This document shows positions 55,626-62,857 of a stretch of 64,000 nucleotides of DNA, one piece after another (position 1 is the first letter of the stretch; each line of letters opens with the position of its first letter). Position numbers and translations under genes: made by a program. A model generated the notes under the pieces. It made no database searches. It had not been told where the DNA came from and worked only from the letters and a program-made list of their open reading frames with translations. The stretch comes from Bacteroidetes bacterium SB0662_bin_6. Lineage in GTDB: Bacteria; Bacteroidota; Rhodothermia; Rhodothermales; VXPQ01. The stretch is from positions 9,153 to 73,152 of the forward strand of contig VXPQ01000038.1 in the NCBI GenBank assembly GCA_009839485.1, read 5' to 3'.

Positions 55626-56414
55626 CTACCCTGTCTCCGCCTCATCATTCAGCGCCATGAGAAGGCGCACGCCTCTCAGCACCAGATATTCGTCTGCCCG
55701 ATCGACTTCCGGCGCCTGTTCTGCGAGCAGGTAACTCCATCCGCCGGTAGCCACTGCAAACGCTTCCCCCTGCAGTGTTTCCCGAATTCGGCGGAGGAGG
55801 CCGCGTACGCCCTCCACGAATCCGTACATGATTCCGGATTGCATGGCTTCCGCCGTCGACCGGCCGACAAGAATGCGCGGCCACTCCGGAGCCACATCGG
55901 GAAGTTGCGCCGTGCCCCGGTGCAATGCATTCAGGGCAAGTTCCGGGCCGGGACCGATCGTGCCCCCGGCATAGACGCCGCTCCGACGCACGACCTCGCA
56001 GGTAACGGCGCTGCCCGCATCGACGACGATCACGTGACGGGGATCGCCGTCCTGCGACGATTTTCCGTATTCGAACCAGGCGGCGGCAGCGGCGGCAAGA
56101 CGATCGACTCCGAGGGTATCCGGGCTGGTGGAGTCCAGTTGGAACGGCAGCCGCATCGTAGAACGAATTTGTACCGTAGCGTGGCCTCGATCCTTGAGGA
56201 GACGGGTCAGACATGCGGCGGAATCCGGCACGACGGACGCTATCCCGGCCCGGTCTATGCTATGTCCGGCATCACGCACCCGGCTTATAGCTGCGTCCAG
56301 CCGGGCTTCCATCCCTGCAGGGTCGTGCGGCAGTGAGAACGCATGGCGCAGCAGGTCTCCCTCGAACGCGCCCCCCTTGATCGCGCTGTTTCCTATGTCG
56401 AACGTGAGCCACAT
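55626..56414 (-). CDS. coaX: Type III pantothenate kinase
   Basis: MWLTFDIGNSAIKGG (DxGNT/S motif), VDAGSAVT, and GGTIGPG. Confidence 0.88.
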   Translation of the reverse strand: MWLTFDIGNSAIKGGAFEGDLLRHAFSLPHDPAGMEARLDAAISRVRDAGHSIDRAGIASVVPDSAACLTRLLKDRGHATVQIRSTMRLPFQLDSTSPDTLGVDRLAAAAAAWFEYGKSSQDGDPRHVIVVDAGSAVTCEVVRRSGVYAGGTIGPGPELALNALHRGTAQLPDVAPEWPRILVGRSTAEAMQSGIMYGFVEGVRGLLRRIRETLQGEAFAVATGGWSYLLAEQAPEVDRADEYLVLRGVRLLMALNDEAETG

Positions 56415-56433
56415 GGATTTCGCTGGTTAATAC

Positions 56434-56472
56434 AGGATACTCTGAGCGAAGTGGTTTTGATCGGAGTATCCT
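56434..56472. repeat. Minimal hairpin made of two GGATACTC(T/C)GA termini
   Basis: caggatactctga-gcgaagtggttttga-tcggagtatcctat. The two arms are inverted copies of the family terminus. It lies between coaX and birA, and its right arm touches the birA stop codon. Confidence 0.75.
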
Positions 56473-57334
56473 ATCCCGTGGTCACTTCGCCGGCATGAAA
56501 GGTCCGCATACCCTCGTCGGTGGCGAGCAGAAGACCGCCGGTCTCCCCCAGTCCTGCTACAATGCCCTGCACAGAACCGCTTCCGTGCGCAAAACGGAGT
56601 TCCGCCGGAGCATTCAGGTTATACATACGGCGCATGTACCGCTTCCCCACGGCGACGGCATCTTCTTCGAGGCGGTCAAGCGCTTGTTCGAGGCGATCGA
56701 ATACGGCGGCGAGCAGATGAGCGCGGTGAATCGTGCGCCCGGTGGCCAGCAAAAGCGATGTAGCCTGTGGTTCGATATCGGTCGGGAACGTGTCCTCGTT
56801 GACGTTTATGCCGATGCCGAGAATGACCGCGCGGGATGCATGGGAAGCCTGTCCCGCTCCGGCGGATTCAAGTAACATCCCGCAGCATTTCCGCTCGTCG
56901 ATCAGGATATCGTTGGGCCATTTTATCTGCGTGCATACGGGCGCCGTAAAGCTGTCGACGGCTTCCGACGCCGCCACGCAGGCAGCTATCGTAATGAGGT
57001 TCCAGCGATCAGGCGCCAGCACCGGACGCAGGATCACGGAAAAGGTCAGATTGAGACCGCTGCGCGCCGACCACGCGCGCCCCATGCGTCCCCGCCCTTT
57101 CGTCTGGAGCTCCGCGTACACGACCGCCCCGTTCGGCGCTCCCGCCGTCGCCCAGTCCAGAGCAAGATCGTTCGTGGAAGTCACGGTATCGTACGCCCGG
57201 ATTTCCTTCCCGATATAGCCTTGCCGGCCGGCGTACTGCGTATCGAGCAGACGGCGGGCCTCATGAGCAGGGCCGCCCGTTATCTCTCGCAGAGACGTGA
57301 CCATGGGGCGCATCGGTCTTTCCCGGGCATTCAT
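56471..57334 (-). CDS. birA: Biotin--[acetyl-CoA-carboxylase] ligase
   Basis: Contains the GRGRxGRxW motif (KGRGRMGRAWSA) and KWPNDILI. No obvious N-terminal HTH. The start may be an internal Met. Confidence 0.88.
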   Translation of the reverse strand: MNARERPMRPMVTSLREITGGPAHEARRLLDTQYAGRQGYIGKEIRAYDTVTSTNDLALDWATAGAPNGAVVYAELQTKGRGRMGRAWSARSGLNLTFSVILRPVLAPDRWNLITIAACVAASEAVDSFTAPVCTQIKWPNDILIDERKCCGMLLESAGAGQASHASRAVILGIGINVNEDTFPTDIEPQATSLLLATGRTIHRAHLLAAVFDRLEQALDRLEEDAVAVGKRYMRRMYNLNAPAELRFAHGSGSVQGIVAGLGETGGLLLATDEGMRTFHAGEVTTG

Positions 57335-57455
57335 GAATCGAAGAATGAAAGGACCCTTTCGTCGAACAGGGTTAAAGCGGATTGCAAAAAATAACCACGA
57401 TGGTCATGGCTTGCACACCCGGTCTGTTTCCCGCCGACAGGCCTTTCCCGAACAT

Positions 57456-58298
57456 TCAGCCGCTACGGTCCGGGTCGTCGCGATTCGACGCCTGAACCAT
57501 TTCCCCGAAATCGTAATACTCCGCACTGCTCCGGAAACGCTGCGCAGGACGCAACAGGAGTTTGATGCGCGTCTCGAAACGGGTATGGTCCGGCGCCCAC
57601 GTGCCGGAAGGGAGACGAACCGTGCTCAGAAAAAAGGCGCTTTCCTCCCGGAACCACAACGCAGTATGCACACGCTCGATGTATATGCCGACGAGACGAT
57701 CCGATGTCCGGTCCAGATACAGGCGTACGCGCCGGATGGACCGGGACACTTCGAAACCCGGACGGGCAGTAATCCTGATGACCCGCACAGGGCGGTCGGA
57801 CAACATGGAATCGGGGGCGAATTCGTACCGCCAGGCTTCCCGGTTCCGGGCTACGGCATACGGCGGATCTTCCGGAATGATATACTCTGCCAGATCGGAT
57901 GCGGCGAAGCCGGCTTCCTCCAGGTCATCGTCCGCTGAAACGAAACGGCGCAGATAGCCGAAATCGAACGTTCCGGAAGACTCCGAGTAGATCGTGCGCG
58001 GCCCTTCCGCATCGTGCCGTACTTCCTGTTCACGGGAAGCGAGAAGCGCACCGCCCTCGTCAAATTGCCCGGTGCGGGTTCGTTGCGTGTACGCACGGGT
58101 CGAAACGCTCTGAAAGGCAGAGCGCAGCGCCGTCTCGTCGATGCGCTCCAACAAGGCGCCGATGGAATCGGCAGCGGCCGATTCCTCCGGCGTCAGGGGC
58201 AGCGTCGGGTTCCGGTCCGCGCATCCCGACGCAAGGAATACCAGACACACGCTCCATGCAAGGACCGATCCATGCGAAACCCGTCGGAGGGGTCGCAT
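57456..58298 (-). CDS. Hypothetical lipoprotein
   Basis: The 671-aa ORF in the track was trimmed to the ATG at 58298 (MRPLRRVSHGSVLAWSVCLVFLASGC, a lipobox). The upstream part overlaps fabI in antisense. Confidence 0.55.
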   Translation of the reverse strand: MRPLRRVSHGSVLAWSVCLVFLASGCADRNPTLPLTPEESAAADSIGALLERIDETALRSAFQSVSTRAYTQRTRTGQFDEGGALLASREQEVRHDAEGPRTIYSESSGTFDFGYLRRFVSADDDLEEAGFAASDLAEYIIPEDPPYAVARNREAWRYEFAPDSMLSDRPVRVIRITARPGFEVSRSIRRVRLYLDRTSDRLVGIYIERVHTALWFREESAFFLSTVRLPSGTWAPDHTRFETRIKLLLRPAQRFRSSAEYYDFGEMVQASNRDDPDRSG

Positions 58299-58499
58299 TT
58301 TCCGGACAAAGAGCAAAGAGCGGGACATCAAATGCGGCATGACACAGCGGCAAAAACCGATCAGAACGGATACAGTAGCGAATAAAACCCCGGATTTCTT
58401 ACATTTCAGGCGCGCATCCCGGATACGCTGCATGCGCCGCGCATTCCGGAAGCGATCAAAAAACGCCTCGGTAATATAGTACGCATAATCCACAGGAAG

Positions 58500-59330
58500 A
58501 TGACCGGAAACGGGTTGTTGCAAGGAAAAAGGGGGCTTGTCTTCGGCGCCCTGAACGATCAGAGCATCGGATGGGCTATTGCGGAAGCCGCGCACCGGGA
58601 AGGAGCGTCTCTCGTGCTTTCGAATGCGCCGGTGGCCCGACGCCTCGGTACGCTGAACAGTCTGGCCGAAGAAACCGGGGGGCAGGTTATATGGGCAGAC
58701 GCCACCAGTGACGACGACCTGACTGCACTGTATGCACAGGTCAAGGAAGACGGCCCGCTTGATTTTATCGTGCATTCCATCGGGATGGGCGTCAATCTGC
58801 GGAAGAACGTGCCGTATCCGGAACTCAACTACGCGTGGTATCAGAAAACGCTGGACATTTCCGCTATCAGCCTGCACCGGATCGTGCATCATGCGCTCGA
58901 AGCCGGCGTCCTCACGGACGGCGCTTCCATCGTCGCGCTCACGTACATCGGCGCCCAGCGCGTGTTCTCGAAATATTCGGAGATGGGCGACGCGAAGGCC
59001 CTGCTGGAAAGCATTACGCGTTCGTTCGGCTACCGGCTGGGCAAGCGGGGGATTCGCATCAACACGGTTTCGCAGAGCCCAACCCGCACGGTGGCGGGAT
59101 CGGGGATTGACGGATTTGATGCGATGTTCGAATTCGCGGAGCGTATTTCCCCCCTCGGCAACGCGGATGCGGCGAGTTGCGCGGATTATACCGTCACGCT
59201 CCTGAGCGACTATACCCGCATGGTGACCATGCAGACGCTGTACCATGACGGGGGCTTCAGCGCCATGGGTATTTCGGACGAGGTCGTCGAGGGGCTCGCA
59301 AAAGCATTTCCGCCAGGACAGGAAGAATGA
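58500..59330 (+). CDS. fabI: Enoyl-[acyl-carrier-protein] reductase FabI
   Basis: GKRGLVFGALNDQSIGWAIAEA (FabI-type dinucleotide fold) and the Y...K catalytic context (FSKYSEMGDAKALLES). About 276 aa. Confidence 0.8.
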   Translation: MTGNGLLQGKRGLVFGALNDQSIGWAIAEAAHREGASLVLSNAPVARRLGTLNSLAEETGGQVIWADATSDDDLTALYAQVKEDGPLDFIVHSIGMGVNLRKNVPYPELNYAWYQKTLDISAISLHRIVHHALEAGVLTDGASIVALTYIGAQRVFSKYSEMGDAKALLESITRSFGYRLGKRGIRINTVSQSPTRTVAGSGIDGFDAMFEFAERISPLGNADAASCADYTVTLLSDYTRMVTMQTLYHDGGFSAMGISDEVVEGLAKAFPPGQEE

Positions 59331-60076
59331 GAGCTGCGTTCTTTCCGATCTTTTTTGCACTGGTTTTTGGAATATCCGGGGCCGCTCCTCCGGACCGGGA
59401 CGCTTCGCCTCCACTCTACTACTCCATCGAACGGGACGGCACGCTGTATGCACGTCCCGACCGGACCGCACCGCTGCCCGATTTTCGTCCGCTCGCCCTG
59501 CAGGAACCGCTCTTTATGCTGGATGCGCAGGACGGATGGCTGCATGTCCGAACGATGGATGACGTGACCGGCTTCGTACCCGAGGAAGCCGTATCGAACG
59601 TGTGGCTCCGCATTTCAAAGAAGCAGCAAACGCTTTTTGTGTACCGGGGGGCGGATCTGGCAATGCGGATTTCGGTCGATCTGGGTCTCAATGCCATCAT
59701 GGACAAGGTGCGGAGAGGCGGCACGCTGGAACCCGATCACTGGCGTACGCCCGAGGGAAACTTCCATATCGTGGCGAAAAACCCGAACAGCAAATTCTAC
59801 AAAGCGCTGGTGCTGAACTATCCCTCGGCGGAAGACGCCGAACGGGGAATCAGATCGGGCCTGATTACCGAAGAGGAATATGACGCGATCATGGAGGCGG
59901 ACGAAACGCTCGAAATGCCCCCGATGGGCACCCTGCTGGGCGGGTTCATCGAAATTCACGGCAACGGTACAGGGGGCAGTGTAAACTGGACGCAGGGGTG
60001 TATCGCCGTAACCGACTGGTGGATCGACCGGTTATGGGAGATAGTGCATGTGGGTACGCCGGTGCTGGTGGAGTAG
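59327..60076 (+). CDS. L,D-transpeptidase (YkuD) family protein with N-terminal SH3-like region
   Basis: Catalytic motif IEIHGNGTGGSVNWTQGCIAVT (His...Cys). The ATG overlaps the fabI stop. Confidence 0.75.
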   Translation: MRAAFFPIFFALVFGISGAAPPDRDASPPLYYSIERDGTLYARPDRTAPLPDFRPLALQEPLFMLDAQDGWLHVRTMDDVTGFVPEEAVSNVWLRISKKQQTLFVYRGADLAMRISVDLGLNAIMDKVRRGGTLEPDHWRTPEGNFHIVAKNPNSKFYKALVLNYPSAEDAERGIRSGLITEEEYDAIMEADETLEMPPMGTLLGGFIEIHGNGTGGSVNWTQGCIAVTDWWIDRLWEIVHVGTPVLVE

Positions 60077-60437
60077 GGAGTTATACCAAATCCGCCCCTA
60101 CACGCGTTACCAGTTCAGCGTTGGATGAATACACCTCCTCATCCAAAAAAACAAGGTCAACAAACCAGGGTAGAGCCATGAAAAAGATCGCCATCCTGCA
60201 CCTGCTGGTTAATCTGGCAATCCTTGGGATACTCGTTCACGTGTTCTATTTGAATTGGTAGTTTTGGGGGAACGGACATACCGCGGCAAGAAACCTGCCT
60301 GAGGGCGTTCCGTAGAACGGGTTAAGGGGGTTTCTGTCCCAGCCGCAAACGGGCAACCCCGGTTTGGACGGGTGCGTACGATGCGTCGGGACAGTAGCCT
60401 TGCGCGGCCATACGGCGGCGCTGTTCTTTGCACATAT

Positions 60438-60802
60438 GGGGATGACATGGTTTCGACGGGTGGTATTCGCGCTGCAAGTTGCGTGTCGAGCTCCTCAGTC
60501 CAGCTCGTTAATATGACTGGGAACTGGTAAATGCGAACGATTACTCGTACGCGATGGCGGCGTAAGCCCCATCTGTCCAATGCATTGCTCGTTCATCGGC
60601 ATGCATTAGGGCACCGACTCAGATGAACCCGCTGCGGTCCGTACCGGCTGAACAGGCCGCAGTCAAAACAATCAGCCTTTGCTTGCATCCGGCTCTTGTC
60701 GGGCGGCTCTTGATGCAGGTGAGCACGAAAGACCGACTACACACGTAGACGCTTGTCGGTACGGCCATTCGGACGCGGGTTCGACTCCCGCCATCTCCAC
60801 CA
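60438..60802 (+). ncRNA. ssrA: tmRNA (SsrA), one-piece, tag ANDYSYAMAA
   Basis: The 5' end ggggatgacatggtttcgacggg pairs with the 3' end catctcc-a-cca (one G-U). T-arm ggacgcgggttcgactcccgcc. The tag ORF is gcg aac gat tac tcg tac gcg atg gcg gcg taa (60533-60565). Confidence 0.9.
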
Positions 60803-60822
60803 CAGTATGTCAGGAAGTATGG

Positions 60823-60865
60823 AAGCGGGTCCCGAGGATTTCTCCCGCTCGCTTCTGCGGTTTTT
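60823..60865 (+). terminator. Probable terminator of ssrA
   Basis: The agcggg...cccgct stem and ccgc...gcgg stem are followed by ttttt (60861-60865). Confidence 0.5.
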
Positions 60866-60982
60866 CGAACGGACAAGGTTATATTGCGGCTGCGTGCGTA
60901 TCTTGTACCTGTCGCTGGGAAACACCACCCTCATTCTTTTTCCTTGCTTCGCTCATGGAAGCAGCTTGAAATCGAAGAGAAA

Positions 60983-61210
60983 TTGACTGTGGACACGCAC
61001 GCTATACATAACCGTCTCACTCAAGCTGGTTTCGCTCCAGGTCAGGCGGACGAGATCGTATATGCAGTGCAGGAATCCCGTAAGGGGATGGCGACAAAAG
61101 ACAAAATAGAAGCGATCGTCGAGCGGCAAACTCGCATAATAATTCTGGCGACAGTGGGTATTGTGGCAGCAATGAACGCTGTTCTGTTCGTCGCACTGCG
61201 GTTTTCGTAG
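60983..61210 (+). CDS. DUF1640-like tail-anchored small protein, paralogue A
   Basis: The likely TTG (60983) or GTG (60989) start gives (L)TVDTHAIHNRLTQAGFAPGQADEIVYAV...IIILATVGIVAAMNAVLFVALRFS. This shares the N-terminal DTHxxxxxLxxxGFxxxQAxxIV motif and a C-terminal TM with 61243-61461 and 22928-23335. Confidence 0.55.
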   Translation: MTVDTHAIHNRLTQAGFAPGQADEIVYAVQESRKGMATKDKIEAIVERQTRIIILATVGIVAAMNAVLFVALRFS

Positions 61211-61242
61211 GATACGCCCATATCGAATGGCGGAAATCGGTC

Positions 61243-61461
61243 ATGGATACGCACCGCATCTTCAACACCTTGACGGCCTCCGGATTCAGCGAAACGCAAG
61301 CGAACGCTATTGTGGAGTCGTACACGGTATCGCAAGATGACCTCGTAACGAAGGATTTTCTGCGAGCCGAGATAACCGGTTCGGAAAACCGGTTGCTGCG
61401 TTGGGTGGTGGGAAGTGCGGTCGTGATCACGGCCGCCATTATCGCCGGATACTTCGTGTAA
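61243..61461 (+). CDS. DUF1640-like tail-anchored small protein, paralogue B
   Basis: MDTHRIFNTLTASGFSETQANAIVESY...LVTKDFLRAEITGSENRLLRWVVGSAVVITAAIIAGYFV. Compare FVRAEIG...LLRWIMGLGFGAIAGV in 22928-23335. Confidence 0.6.
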   Translation: MDTHRIFNTLTASGFSETQANAIVESYTVSQDDLVTKDFLRAEITGSENRLLRWVVGSAVVITAAIIAGYFV

Positions 61462-61464
61462 CGG

Positions 61465-61533
61465 CTACCTCACGTCTCCTGTAGAATACTCCCTATCCAC
61501 AAGGCGCCGGATGCCGCGTTCGTTCCGGTCGCG
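61465..61533 (-). pseudogene. Orphan 3'-terminal fragment of an aldehyde dehydrogenase gene
   Basis: The minus strand reads RDRNERGIRRLVDREYSTGDVR*. The intact gene end at 62858-62926 reads RDRNERGIRRLVDGEYSTGDVE*. By hand alignment 58 of 69 nt are identical, and there is no upstream coding continuation. Confidence 0.75.
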
Positions 61534-61589
61534 TCCGTTTACCCGATGACATAATCAACGCTTTGATAATCCACCAGCGAAGGCAACGA

Positions 61590-62192
61590 ATGGCAGACGA
61601 TAGAATTACCGAACTCGAACGACAGATCGGCGAGTTGATCGCGGAACTGAACACCCTGCGAAAGGCCAGCCTGGGGGCGCCCGTCCGCAATTACACCTTT
61701 GCGACGCTGACCGGTGACACCACGCTGCTCGACCTGTTCGGCGAAAAGGACAAGCTGCTTGCGATCCACAACATGGGACAGGGCTGCCGCTATTGTACGC
61801 TGTGGGCGGACGGCTTCAACGGATTACTTGCCCATCTGGAGTCGGCCTTGTCTGTAGTACTCCTCTCGAAGGACCCGCCGGAAACCCAGCGCCGATTCGC
61901 CAATGCCCGCGGTTGGCGGTTTCGACTGGCCTCGCACGGCGGCGGGGACTACATTCGCGAGCAATCCGTCGTAAACGGCCAGAGCAATTATCCTGGCGCT
62001 GTGATCTACGAACGCAACGGCGACGCCATACTGCGCAAGAACGCGTGCGTGTTCGGGCCCGGAGACATCTATTGCGCAATGTGGAGTCTGCTCGGCCTCG
62101 CCGGACTGGGCGAAAAGGAATGGACGCCCCAATACGCTTATTGGAGCCGCCCGGGTAAGCTGGACGACGGCGGCTTGAACGTGCTCGAATAG
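61590..62192 (+). CDS. DUF899-like thioredoxin-fold protein
   Basis: An N-terminal coiled helix is followed by LLDLFGEKDKLLAIHNMGQGCRYCTLWADGFNGLLAHL, similar to the DUF899 CxxC region. Start at ATG 61590. Confidence 0.55.
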   Translation: MADDRITELERQIGELIAELNTLRKASLGAPVRNYTFATLTGDTTLLDLFGEKDKLLAIHNMGQGCRYCTLWADGFNGLLAHLESALSVVLLSKDPPETQRRFANARGWRFRLASHGGGDYIREQSVVNGQSNYPGAVIYERNGDAILRKNACVFGPGDIYCAMWSLLGLAGLGEKEWTPQYAYWSRPGKLDDGGLNVLE

Positions 62193-62321
62193 TGCTATTG
62201 CACCCGGCGTGGTTGCGGCCGGATAAACCGGAGTTCGTGGATTTGCGATCAAGGCAGAGACAGATTACATTCCATCCGGTTTCAAGCCCACTCGATCCCA
62301 GGAACACCCACATACCACACA

Positions 62322-62741
62322 ATGAACTTCACCATTTATTTAGTCTTCGACAAAAACTGCCGGGAAGCATTCGAATTATACCGCACGGTATTCGGCGGCG
62401 AGTTCACGGAATTTCTCACCTATGGCGAGGGACCGCCGGAAATGAATGTGCTGGAAGGCGATCGCGACCTCGTCATGCATATGTCGCTGCCTATAGGATC
62501 CAACGTCCTGATGGGCTGCGACATCGACTCGCAGACGCCTCCGCTCATCCCCGGCAACAACTTCGCCGTTTCCGTCAGCCCTGACAGCAGGGAAGAAGCC
62601 GACCGGCTATTTTCCGAACTGTCCGAAGGAGGCGCCGCGGTGATGCCCATGGCAGACATGTTCTGGGGTGGCTACTTCGGTATGTGCGTCGACAAGTTCG
62701 GCATCTCGTGGCAGATAAACTTTGGACCTCCGGCGGATTGA
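62322..62741 (+). CDS. VOC family protein (PhnB/glyoxalase-like)
   Basis: 139 aa, with MNFTIYLVFDKNCREAFELY...VMHMSLPIGSNVLMGCD...FWGGYFGMCVDKFGISWQINF typical of PhnB-like VOC proteins. Confidence 0.7.
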   Translation: MNFTIYLVFDKNCREAFELYRTVFGGEFTEFLTYGEGPPEMNVLEGDRDLVMHMSLPIGSNVLMGCDIDSQTPPLIPGNNFAVSVSPDSREEADRLFSELSEGGAAVMPMADMFWGGYFGMCVDKFGISWQINFGPPAD

Positions 62742-62857
62742 GGCCGGTCAGGATACCCGTGCAAGGCCACAAAGGGGCTTGCGTGACAAGAAAAAGCCCC
62801 TTCGCGTACGGATTTTGCGTATGAGGCAGCCGGAATAGTCCTCACTGCCTTGACGCC

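Noticed and set aside
58299-59471. Upstream two-thirds of the 671-aa minus-strand ORF 57456-59471
   Set aside because: It overlaps fabI and the start of the L,D-transpeptidase gene in antisense. A good lipoprotein start (ATG 58298) explains the downstream third, so only 57456-58298 was kept.
60884-60982. N-terminal 33 codons of ORF 60884-61210
   Set aside because: This part starts inside the ssrA terminator region and has no similarity to the paralogues. The conserved family N-terminus (VDTH...) begins at the TTG/GTG at 60983/60989.
62772-62802. Hairpin aaggggctt-N13-aagcccctt between the VOC and ALDH genes as a bidirectional terminator
   Set aside because: The stem is good (9 bp), but neither strand has a following U-run. 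I therefore did not list it as a terminator feature.
60803-62857. Classical integrase-borne genomic island at ssrA
   Set aside because: There is no integrase or recombinase gene, and no direct repeat of the tmRNA 3' end (ttcgactcccgcc...) downstream within the window. Only the ALDH-end duplication supports rearrangement.
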